This document shows, piece by piece, positions 1 through 12,800 of a stretch of 64,000 nt of DNA. The notes beneath the pieces were generated by a model, which was not told the origin of the DNA, did no database searches, and saw nothing but the letters and a program-made list of their open reading frames with translations. Source of the stretch: Antedon mediterranea (lineage: Eukaryota > Animalia > Echinodermata). Location: contig NC_092673.1 of NCBI RefSeq assembly GCF_964355755.1, forward strand, positions 9,796,001 to 9,860,000, read 5' to 3'. Every line of letters begins with the position of its first letter. Within the stretch, counting starts at the first letter, position 1. The position numbers were made by a program, and so were the translations under genes.

Positions 1-165
1 TTACAAATCACAATTTATAACTCTTGCCTCCTGTAGAAATATGATGTTTTTTCGACAAGTAGTTCTCGAGAAAATGCAATTTCAGTACACTTGTTACTTT
101 AAAACTGTTCGCCGGCTTTTGAAAATTGTCTCCTATCTTTTAACACTAGCCGGTCTGAAAATAAT
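1..165 (+). repeat. Dispersed repeat, second diverged copy at ~2665-2825
   Basis: ttacaaatcaca..ataactcttg...gtagttctcgagaaaatg...cctatcttttaacactagc is shared by both loci. Confidence 0.75.
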
Positions 166-2964
166 ATCATTTTAGTTATTTGTGAAGTTATTAATAAACC
201 AATTTTGTTGATTTTCAATAGGCATGGTCTGAAGGTATATACCTATCTACATCCAAAAACGATAACTTGAAAACTGTAGGCGCTATCGTGCTAACAAACA
301 AGCAAACACACAAACAAATTCTTTTTGCCAAGTAACTAGCCTTCGCGCATAGCGCGATACTTTGCCAAATCAAAATTGGCCTCCTGACATTGACCCAATT
401 TTCACCAAAAGTGTGTGTCTTATCAGTGGGACAGCCAGTCGACAAATCGTGTCAAATTTCGACTCGGAGAGGGCGCCCTACTTTTCTAATTTCGTTCAAA
501 ATTGCTAAATTTTAGGGTGTTGGAAAAACACAATATTTGTAAATTTAGCTGATTATCGGAAAAATATTGTTAGTGAAATAAATTCATAAATGGTTTTAAT
601 ATATTGTCATGTAAAATTAAATGTATTTGAACAAAACGATAATCTGTAATTTAAAATAAAATATTTAGAAAAATTGAACAGTCCTGAATTTAAAATCCCT
701 GTTAGAAAAATTAATAATCTACAGAATACGATATTAAGATACAAAATTCGGTGGTTGGGATGCAGCTCCGACTATTCAAACTAAAGGTACCACTATTTGT
801 TCCATCGAAAACTAGCGAAACCGCCATTTTGTAAACACATCGTCATCGTGTTTATGAATTTATTTATAGCGAACGATATACGCGATGTTTATAATTGTCC
901 GCGTATAAGAATTCATATAAATAAATACATTCCAATACAACGTATATTATTACTTGTTTATTTATCACAGTATACATTTTAGTTGAGGAATATTTATCAT
1001 AACTATTATAATAGCTTTTATACGAGTCCGAGGCCTAGCCCTATTAGCGAGCGATTGTTCCAGGGGCGGAAAGTCACTTAGTGACGTTGTGATCGGGCGC
1101 GTCGGGCCTAGCTAATATTAATAATATGACCTGAAATAAGCGGCTAACAAGAACTGTTATATACTTGCTTACAATTGTTTTGTTATTGATGAACAAACAA
1201 GCAATTAGATTGAATAACAAATTATTTATTCATTTTTTTTGGGTAAAAACATGTACAAACTAGTACTGTATAATATAAATTAATAGTAATATTAAACTAA
1301 TACAGTATTAATAAAATATAAAATAGGCCTAACATACAATAAAATTCAATTTTTAAGGTCTACCACATGACAATAACATAATTTACAGAGTATAGTGTAG
1401 TAGGTTTGCATTCAACATAAATATTTGTATTGTAATTCATCTAAATCCTCTGCAACATACATATACTGTATTTGTAATTCAACATTTTGTTTTAAATAAT
1501 TAAATTTTAGTTTGGGTATGACAATGTCTGTAGGTACCGGTGTCATCTTTCAGAAAAAATAATAAATATTATTTAAAAAAAATTGTAATGTCTGGTTGTA
1601 TATATAATTATAATATTGTATGATGACATAAAAGTAAGGCAAATGGAAGCTGTATTTTATTAATTAATATTACAGTATTTGCTATTATTATTTATACAAT
1701 CTAGGCCTAATAGTAGCCTAGCTAGGCATCTATTGAGCCTAATAAATCAAATAATAAATGAAAAATAAAATAATAATATTAATACTGATTGAAAAAAAGT
1801 ATTTTTTGGGGGGATCAGATCACCAGGCTAGGCCGGCCAGGACCAATGATACTCGTAATCAGTACAACTTAACGACTATCGGATCAGCATCAACACAGTA
1901 CAACACACGTCTCGCTATCGCCTATAGTGACACACGTGTCTCGCGTTGCCGAAACCACGCTCACAGCTAGAAAATGTACCTACCTTTCGAGGCCTGAGAA
2001 TACACCAACAAATTTTGAACAGGATAGAAATATATCATACTCGATTAAACTAATATTATTCTTGATAAAACAATTGATTATAATTTTTTTAATTTGTTGG
2101 GATGCACCTCCGACTATTCAGAAAATGGACAACAAAACAGTAGTCAAATCGTACCACATTTATAAATTTCACGAGTCCCGACTTCAGTCGCCGAATGTAT
2201 TGTATTAGCTTCGGTTTCTTTGAAGGAAACCGATTGGTTATTCAATTATACTTATTAGGAAATGCTTTTACCATAATAGGTAATGTTGGGCGGTTCTTAA
2301 ATATTCATGATAGCTTAAAATAAAACAGCACTTATTTGCTAGGCGACGAAAAATCGTGGTTTCAGTTTTCAACGATAGGTGGCGCTTCAAAATCGTCAAT
2401 GCGGAAGTAAGTCGATTTTACACGATTTAACGGTCAAAACGCGAAGTGGCTTTCCCACTGTTATGCTGTGTGATTTAGGCTAATTTCACTATAATCATGT
2501 GTATAGGAGTTTTGTGTAAAGGTTATGTTCAACTAACAATAGCTTCACTCAACTAACAATAGAACAGCAACGCGACAAACACACGAGTGAATTTGAAAAG
2601 AATTAGGTTTTTTAAACTATTCGCATCAAAAAACCTGTATATTAAATCAACTTATGTTTTAAAATTACAAATCACAAATTATAACTCTTGCTAAGCCTCT
2701 TGTACAAAAATGACGTTTTTTGGAGAAGTAGTTCTCGAGAAAATGTTTACTTGTTAATTTAGGACTGCTCACCGGCTTTTGATAATTCTGTCCTATCTTT
2801 TAACACTAGCAGGTCTGAAAATATTTTTTAAAAGTGGTCCAGAATTGGGACCGTAGTCCAGATTTTAACCAAAATTGGGCAGTGTCGTCCTTGCAGCAGG
2901 TGACATGTATGGTAGTAATTTGGAGTCATTCGAATCAAAACTGTGAGCGCTTGAGTGATGAAAA

Positions 2965-3180
2965 CAAACAACCAAACAAACACACAAACCAAACAGATCA
3001 ACATACTTGGCCAATTTTCAATTTGGCCAAGTAACAAACAAACAAACAAACAAACACACCAACCAAACAGATCAACATACTTGGCCAATTTTCAATTTGG
3101 CCAAGTAACAAACACACAAACCAAACAGATCAACATACTTTGCCAATTTTCAATTTGGCCAAGTAACAAACAAACAAACA
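2965..3180 (+). repeat. Three tandem ~60-bp units, each with an 11-bp hairpin (Helitron/HINE-like terminus)
   Basis: aaacagatcaacaTACTTGGCCAAttttcaatTTGGCCAAGTAacaaac x3 (one stem mismatch in the third). Confidence 0.8.
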
Positions 3181-5545
3181 CACGCTACCGATTACAAAAA
3201 GCTATTAAACGAATTAACAATCATGTAACAATGCGTTGTAACAACAATGACCGTTAATTACCTGTTATTTGAGTCATCACATTCGCAGCACAGGATTTCA
3301 CGCAACATACCATAACAAGGACTGTTAATAACGCATTGGAATCATCTTTATGCAACACTAAATGGCATGTCCGGCCTACCGTTAATTACGAGTTAAACAA
3401 TGGAGTGATCACACTACAGCAGCTAGCACATGATTTTAAGATAAACTATAACTGTAGTGGCTAAGTAACATTGGGGTTGATATGCCTCACTGAACACCCC
3501 TACACCTCTTTAAATTAGCTCACATAACAGTAAATCGTTTAACTTTTATGTTGGTAAACAAGCTTAATAAATTTCTTCGGTACATATGCATTGTATACTT
3601 GAATGATAAATCTTTCACAAATTACACCAATTTTAAGTTGTTAAATTGACATTGACATATTCTATTCTATTTTGATATTGACATATTCTACAACGAGAAA
3701 TTACATTTGAATCTCCGAAATCTCTGCTGTCGCACATCTCAAGCTTAACTCGAGCAGGGAAAAATAAACAATGTTTAAGGAAGGAAATAAGGAACACACC
3801 CTTCGCTGACATGGTGCTGTAATTTATATAATATTTTATTTATTAAAATATTCCTAAAACCGATTTACAATTTACTTTTAAGATGTAGAATTTAGCACAA
3901 TACACCATGCACAACACCTTTCAGGCCTCGAATTTTACCGCGGCCAGTGCCGTCGGTTCCCTCACAGTTGGCCTCAATGCCCTCGAAAATGAATAGCACC
4001 CACGGCCACTACTGGCCTGCCCTTTTTTTGCGTTGGCCGTGAGTGCCCTTCCCGAGTTTTACCACAATAAAAACCACTGAATTAGATTTGTTTACACGAC
4101 TCGGACGAGACTCAAAACTATCGCCTGTCTTCGTTGCAAGGGGATTTCCCTAAACGCATTTATTAATACACAAACAGTAGACAAAACATTGAACATTGTG
4201 TAACCAAAACAATATCGTCCCGGCCGCCGTGTGTGGTAAATCATGGTATAGATAGTACATTAAATACAGGGGTGTACACTTTTAATAATCAAGCTTAAAA
4301 TGTTCCTCGAAAAAAAATTACACGCACTCCTACCAGCTAGCCTAACCTATCCTCCCGCCACCGATCCGGTCCAACACCCGCAATTCAATACATTGGGAAA
4401 ACAATTCCATTTGACGCACACGCAACCTCTGATAACAAATTTCACACACGACGTCGTGTACGCGAAGGATCGGATCGTTGGAAAAACAATTCCTTTTGAC
4501 ATACACGCACCCTCTGATAAGAAAATACCATTAGTCCGGTGGCAGGAGGGGGGGGGGGGGGGGGTGGGGGATATCACCACCCGAAAGGGGACAAATTGCC
4601 ATCCAACTTTTCTAGACCAGAATTTTCCGTAGATTACGAATATGGAAGGTAATCGATCAGGATAGGAAGCGTTTTCGAGATATAAGGGGTCAAAGTTCAA
4701 AATTGACCAATATAAAAACATGCTATATATCTGGAAATTCTGGACCTAGTGAGATAATTTTGGTGTCAAATTGTTCACAATATTATATATGTTTATACTT
4801 GCCGTAATGCAACATTTTTTTCAAAAAGTGACTGAAACAATATTTTTCTGTAATTTTAACCGTTGACCTGTTTTTCTCATCTAAATAACGACATGGCATA
4901 GAGATTTCTAACTGCAAATTGTTTATAATAGATATTTTTATTCAATCTAATAGATTCTAGGCTCGCACTGGCCGATCGCCAAGTCGCCATGGGCGAAAAC
5001 TTTTCTAGATTGGCGAAAAATAAAACGGCTACTTTAGCCATTTTGGCGATGACATAATAATGATAAAATAGATAATTCAATAATCATTTTGGCGAAAGCA
5101 TAAAGTCCAACTAAAAGGTCCATTTGTCGATCTCCAACCATTTATTTTGTTCGTTATCACGTTGTTTACTTCAAGCTCCATTTTCGTCAACTTGTTTCGT
5201 TGTACCAGGCGTCTCTTTGTTATTTCAAAAAGATGGAGATAGCAGAGGTAGACTGCACAGAGAGACGGACGTTACACGACACATGGATGATGAAGTCTAC
5301 CCAAACTATCACGTGTTGTGCGCTGCACAAACGATCGACTACGTAGCCGACGGTCGGCTAATTACCGGGATTGTCTATTTTTCGATAGGGGTGTACTTTT
5401 CAGATTAAAAAGAAACATTATAGTATCTTCGATGAATGACGTCTTAATCTTATCGAAATGAAAAATGTATGCGTTATGCATTTTAGAGTCTTCCAATTTA
5501 ATGTAGTTTCATATTTTACCCTTAATAAACTTTCCTCGTGCGTAA

Positions 5546-5724
5546 AGCTTGGTTCCCACTAGAACGTAACGCAAGGACGTAAACGCAACGCAAGCGTTTT
5601 AACCAATGACAAGCGAAGTTATAGACAGTTAGCAATTACAAGCGAATAAGCCATCGCTTGTGATTGGTCAATTCACTTGCGTTGTGTTACGTCCTTGTGT
5701 TGCGTTGCTAGTGGGAACCACGCT
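5546..5724. mobile_element. MITE (PIF/Harbinger-like)
   Basis: TIRs agcttggttcccactag / ctagtgggaaccacgct; TAA on left, TCA on right. Confidence 0.75.
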
Positions 5725-5766
5725 TCAGTGTAAACAAAACAACATGCGGGAAATGGTAGAGTCTAA

Positions 5767-5925
5767 AGCCGATTTTTCACTAGGCGAATTTGTTCGCGCG
5801 AATCGAACGCGCCAGCTTGTACGCATGTGTATTCATGTTTACGTCTTCCAAATCCTTCTCTACGCATGTGTATTAGCTGACGCCTTCGATTCGCGCGAAC
5901 AAATTCGCCTAGTGGAAAATCGGCT
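5767..5925. mobile_element. MITE (PIF/Harbinger-like), TAA TSD
   Basis: ~40-bp TIRs agccgatttttcactaggcgaatttgttcgcgcgaatcgaa; TAA on both sides. Confidence 0.85.
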
Positions 5926-6664
5926 TAACGGGGATTTAGCTAAACACACACGTGCATCTGAGCAGGGCCGGCCCCGGCTTCTGTGTTGTGTAAATACATT
6001 ATAATCTGGATAAATTTCTCGCCCTGACAGAAACGCTTCGGCGCAGCCTTGAAGGATGGAAAGACGTGTACTCTGTGCTTTGGCCTATATTATCTTACGT
6101 TCAACAACGATACGAGTGTTCGTTTGCTAGGAATTTTCCTCAATATTTTTAGCATATGATATACCGTTGCGTTGTTGTACATAATTTTGTAGGCCTAGGC
6201 CGGCGGTTCTGCACTTTCGCACCTCTTGAGCATACCCAATTTAAAAACATTAACCCGCTGCGCGGCGGTGATTCTAGGACACGATTTTCGCCTGGTACGC
6301 CATATGGAAGCCGTCACACGCAAACATGACCAGCCAAGCGTAAAAAACAAAAGTAACATCCAATAGCGTTCAGGGGATTTCAGAAAACTGTAAAATGTTT
6401 CTTATTAAATTGATAACTGTATGAATGCTGTATGATTTAAAACAATTTGAACAATTGTTTTGGTTTTTTCTCATTGATTTTAATTATAAACACACTTATA
6501 CATAGATTACATACTTACATAAATTTTTAAGTATTAATTAAGATTGAATATATAGTTTCTATATCATTATATATAATATATATATTATACTATCAAAAGT
6601 GTGCTTTCATTGGGATACGTACTATTGGCACACAATATTTGTAACTGTACTGTTTCTTCTTTAG

Positions 6665-6898
6665 GTGACAATTGTGAAGATAACTGGAACGACTGTGGTT
6701 CAACGTCATGTTTTCATGATGGCACATGCATAGATGGAATTAACACATTCCATTGTGAATGTCCTCCGGGATTTGTTGGTCAACGGTGTGAAGGAGATGT
6801 CAATGAATGTTTGTCTAACCCATGCAACTCAACAGGAACCAAAGATTGCATCCAACAAACCAATGACTACCGTTGTATGTGCAAGACTGGTTTCGAGG
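6665..6898 (+). CDS. Notch: Notch exon: two EGF repeats (equivalent to EGF32-33)
   Basis: ttag|GT...G|gtaag; GDNCEDNWNDC...CEGDVNECLSNPCNSTGTKDCIQQTNDYRC. Confidence 0.95.
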
Positions 6899-9800
6899 GT
6901 AAGGACTTAAATTGGATATGAAAGGATTTTAAAAATTACTTTGTATGAATCCTTTTAATGTTAGTAAACAACACACACAAAATTAGATTCGAATAACTAG
7001 TAGAACATAAGAAATAAACAAATTAAATTTCACTATAAAACCATAAATTGGTCGACCAACTGACACGCTATCATAATTGTTATGAACGTTCTATACCCAC
7101 ATATGTGAGATCGGCAAGTTTAATTTCCAAAACCTAGGGTTGTGTCCACGGCAGCAGGCCAATCACCATCTAATAAACAAGCACATCATACACGATTTAC
7201 ACGTTGCTGAAAATATTGATATTGCACAATATTGTTGTGTCTGAAAAACGCATATTTCCGAAGATTGTACAAGTAAAAGAAAGTATTTGTACACCTCACA
7301 TTAAATCACTTGCGTAGACTACAATGTAAGCTAGGCCTCGCAGTTCTAAATTCGCTAACTAGGCTTAAGTCGACCAATGTACTTCCAGGAAGAGGAGAAG
7401 GCGGTGTAAATGCACATTCATGGACGTACATGGCGACAATGAGTTTGTAACATTAGCAGGATTTTTAAACAGGACACAAATTACTTTTTGATTAAAGTGA
7501 TAATTTATTTCCATCAACAGCAGCCAGCACCATCATATTTCGTAAATGTTCATTGTACTAAACTCTGCTCAGAAAAATATTTGGCTAAATATATAGTATA
7601 TAAAGAAGTACATTAGTCGTTTATTTATTTATATATTTATTCTATATATTATATCCAGACCCAATATTTGGATTTTAAAAAATAGTGTAATCCGTTAACA
7701 ATCGCCAAATGATGCATTACTAGATATACATGTCCAAGTTCAAGTTCAAATTTATTGTCAAATATGCAATTACAATTTGTATTCCAAAGATCAAACACAC
7801 GATAAAAATACATACAATATAGGCTGTCCACCACTCCTCCTTAAGCTGCTGAAGTCTTTCCCCAAAACCACTTATGGTAAAGTTTCTTTGAATAACGATC
7901 TTTTGGGATATATTTGCTATTGTGCTGAATGACTTTGTGCTAAATCAAATACGTGCATGTATAAATCAAGGACCTGCTGTACGCAGACGATGCTGCATTT
8001 GTAGCTAATTCTGCTGAAGATCTTCAAGCTACCATGACAGTATTTATCAACCTGTAGGAAGTTTGGTCTCACAATCAGTATCTGCAAGACAAAAGTCATG
8101 CACAGCATCAGCATCACAGACCCTACCACCATCAAGGTCAATGACACTACATTGGAGGATGTGGACAACTTCACTGCCAATCTATCTCTGGATATAGAAA
8201 TTGAGACATGTCTATGTAAGGCTGTAATGATGGCAAGATTGAAGAACCGAGTGTGGAATAATAATAGTCGGTGAAAACTAAGATTAAAGTTTACTCAGCA
8301 TGTGTACTTAGCATGCTCTTGTATGCCTCTGAGGTGTGGACAACATATAAAAAACAGGAGAAACAACTTAATGCCTTTCACATGCGCAGTCTTTGACGCA
8401 TTTTACATATCAATTGGCAAGACAAAGTAAGGAGAGTGTTTAAAGATGGCAGGATGTCATGATATCTTTACCATGCTTACTCAAAGGAGGTTAAATACAA
8501 TCAGGATCGACTGCGAATGTATCCCTAAGTAACTCCTATACAGTGAACTCGCTTTTGGAACACGCAGCAAAGGCCGTCCATTGCTCAGGTATAAAGATGC
8601 CTGTAATACCTGCTGGCATTGACATCAAATCAAGTGAGATACTAGCAAGTGACAGAACATCATCTCACAGCGACCGAGACAAGCGAGAACCTGTGAGCTG
8701 AATTTAGACAAGCCCAGAACTGCTGCTGTTTTTACCTGCCATCTTGTGGTCGTCGGTGTATATCTGGGATTGGACTACACAGTCACCTCCATAGTTGCAG
8801 GATACAAATAATAATGAAAAATTAAAATGTATAAAAGTTAAATTAAAAACAAACACAAAATTAATTAATTAATAATTAGGCTACTCATCTGAAACAGTTT
8901 GCAAGAACATCTCTTGCATCATGTTCTGAGGACTCCTTTTATAGAGGACACATTAATATCAGTTCTAAAGAGGACCCCTTAATAACAGTTCTTAGCCCCT
9001 TAATAGCTGTTATAAAATGAACCTATTGATATCAATTCTTAATGATCAATCTGGGGAAATTAATAATCAAGCTACAATACCACTACCGCTACCAATAATT
9101 CTACGTTTTTGAATAGGCTCTAAAAGCTCGCATTAAAAATGCATAAAAATGTATTATGGAAACTGGACATTTTGGAATCGGTAGAAAATAATAACTAGTA
9201 GGTTGACCGAAAAGTCGAAACCGCCTCGGATGTTTATTATGAACTAGCATTAATACCGCCTGATCTGAATCTTATAGCTACTGTAAAAAACGCCATCATA
9301 TAGGCTACCACATACAGGTTGCATTCCCATGGGCCTAGCTAGTTGCAATTAAATTTGTTTGTGGGCAAGCTTAGCGATACGGTCAATGTCCAGTTGGGTC
9401 TTAAAGTCAGTCAGAGACAGGTAGAGCGTTCAATTCTGGAATGCCTATAGTATATAGGCTTTAGGAAAAAATGACAGCGCAATTTAGGCCTCAAAGGCTA
9501 CAGTAGCAATCTACAGATATTTATCCATCTAAAAAATGAAATAATTGGTATTGCTGAAATGTTGTATACCTAATGGACAGACTACACATGACAGGCAATC
9601 TGTATTGTATCAAAATCTATTAGGTTAGGTTTCTACTGTCCAAGCAGTGATTCGACTAAAAACAGGGACTTCTCTGGTAAAAAGATTTTGGCACACTAGG
9701 AGTATCATATAATTCGCAGACCATGACTTAAGCACTTCCGTTTTGATCTATTCGACAAAAATGAAAAAAATGTCTACTTTATATTTCTAATTTAATGTAA

Positions 9801-12800
9801 TGGTGATGTAATAACAGATGTAACAATACAAAATACATATTGTAGTTTATTACTAACTTTATATAAACTGTATTATAAAAAGTGAAAATATTTATCTTTA
9901 TGTTGACATAACAACAGTTATTTTTTCCTACCTACTGATAATATACTTTGAATATCAGATGCAGCTACCATCATTATTCGCTCTCAAGTGGATATAGACC
10001 TCTGTAACTGTTACATTGTTACACCATAGATTGTTGACAACCACCTTCACTGATGGATTACCAAAATCTAGTCTTCGGTCAGATCTTTCACAAGAAAAAC
10101 CATCATTGTTTGTGTCATATTCAGTAGCAGTGTCCTTAAACCAAGTCTCGTATATACATCTCAAATTAGCATCACGATAATCCTAAGGATAAAAGAGTAC
10201 ATGCTTTCAATTCATGAGTTCATCAATTCATTCAATAATGATAATTGGCTGTGAGACCGCCTCTCCTTTCTTGTTTCCATGGTTCAGCATTGGTTTGGCT
10301 GTAAAGGTCAAATGCACTAGACCAGTGAGGTTAACATTGTATGTCGGGTGACACGAGTTGAATGATCGGGAGGGATCTTTGATCGGATTGTTTTATTCAA
10401 GAGTGTATATGGCTCGATGTGCAGTGATACAGGCTTTTGTGTTTGCGTTACCAGGATATTATCCTAAATTAAAGATTCTGACAAAATCAATCAATCAATG
10501 TATCTTTTAAAAATCAATCTTAACCATTATCCCCCTCGACAATTCATTGAGGACCATGTCTCGATATACGTTCTTGCCTCAAGGCAGCTACACATCCAGC
10601 TGCAGTATGCTACTACTAGCCTAGGCCATGTCATTTTCAAACACCATTAATTCGTCCAACTGTCTCTTCAAAACGATGTTAACAACACACTCACCGTCCA
10701 CTGTTTAATGTGGATGAATTTTCATCAATTTCTTCCGTCATTTCAACAATATAGTAATAAAAAAATAATCACCGCACAAGAGGTTGATATGATCGAGGGG
10801 GAAGATATGTGATAACTCGTGTGATTCTCATGCATGAAAAATAATTCTGTGTACACAGACAAAATAGGCATGGCTATGAATTTTGTGAAAGATATGCTTG
10901 AAAACAACTATGGTTGATAATATGAATTTATTTTTATTTATTTTTTTCAAATCTAACTTACTTATCCAAAAATAAAAATCGCAAAGGGATAAGTAATTAC
11001 TAGCATAGTTTCGCATCAATCAATGATTTACTCTAAAATTCATATTTCTGTAATACAAAAGTTTCTTTTTGTGATGTCACAAAAATATTTTTACACTTTC
11101 CCCAGGTTTTTTTTAGGGGGTTACTGTCATCCAATACATTTAGTATGACATGGCTTAAAACCGATTGATATTGCTAGAAACCATTTTTAAATTTCTGTTT
11201 TCTGAACATATCTAGTGGAACTTGACATTAAGATAGCTGATTGTTTTGAATAGTCTGTTTGATTGTAGCAGAACAACATTTCCATTGATAATAATTACTT
11301 AATCAATTTAATCATTACAGGACGATTATGTGACATTGAGATACAGAAATGTACTCCAAGCCCATGTCTACATGGAACATGCTCAGTCACACTAACTGGA
11401 TTTCACTGCAACTGCTCATATGTAAGTTTTGACCATTTTCAATGAAGACAATTGAAAGAAATTGATATTTTATAGAAATTTTTAGTAATTAGCGATTTTA
11501 CTATTAAAGATATTGATCATCAAGTCAAAGGTAAAAAATGTGTTTGTATTAAACTGAATGGTTGTATAATTCTGAAAATGTTGCACTTTATTAGGGCTAT
11601 TATGGCAAGTCTTGTGATCTTCAACTGCTTTCATGTAGCCGTGATCCATGCCAGAATGGAGGAACATGCCAAAATCTAGACAACGGATTCAAATGTTTCT
11701 GTTTAACTGGAACATCTGGCATTCACTGTGAAATCAACGAAGATGACTGCATGTCAATGCCTTGCGAAAACAATGGAATCTGCCAAGATCAGGTTGGTCA
11801 TTTTCTATGTGATTGCCCGTCGGAACACAATGGCATTCGTTGTGAAGTCGATGATCCTTCTTTCCTAGGTGGTATTGGACAAGAGGTTGATGCAGTTACC
11901 CGTCCGCCAAATCCATCAGATGACCAGTGTGCTGATCCAGAATGTGAAGGATTAGGTGGCAATGACATTTGTGATGTAAGTAAATTAAACAAATTTGATT
12001 ATATCAATATTTAAACTTTATTTGTATTTTAATTTATTGAATAATAATACTATCAAATGTATATGAAATGTTTCAGAACAAGTGTAACAATCATGCTTGT
12101 AACTGGGACGGAACAGACTGTTCTGTGGGTGTTGATCCGTGGGCAGATTGTGCAGTTGATCATTGCTATTCCGTCTTCCAAGATTATAGCTGTAATCCAG
12201 AGTGCAATACATCAGAATGTATATTTGATGGTTATGATTGTGAAAGACCAGTACATCAATGCAAGTATGTATTTCAACTATTTACAAATTAGTTTTAGTA
12301 GATATTTGCAAAGATATATTCCTATGTATATGAATGCGTGCAATACCAAAAATTGTTAAACAAACAAACATACAAATGCTCCCTTTTATAATAAAGATAT
12401 TTCACCTGCAGTAAAAGACCCTCAATTTACGAATTCTCAATTTTACGAACGCAAATTTATAACTTCATGGTTAAATACGTACTTAATATTTATAATACAA
12501 AGTGCAGAAATTTTTTTTTTTATTATTCATAGTTTAATCATAAATGAAATTCAAATTAACAAAAATGTGGTTATAAACTTACAATGTATCTATTTATATA
12601 TAATGAAGGGTGATCAAAATGATACAATATTAACTTTAGTTTGAAATCTGCTTGTTTATTCTAATATGTCACAATATAATTGTCTTTCTAGCACTGTTTA
12701 TGATGCCTACTGTGAAAGCAAATTTATGAATAAAATGTGTGATGAAGGTTGCAAAGCAGCTGAATGTGTCTGGGATGGTTTAGACTGCGATACTGATCCA

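Noticed and set aside
1-6664. Additional Notch EGF exons
   Set aside because: No Cys-patterned, splice-bounded frame seen; the ORFs here derive from repeats
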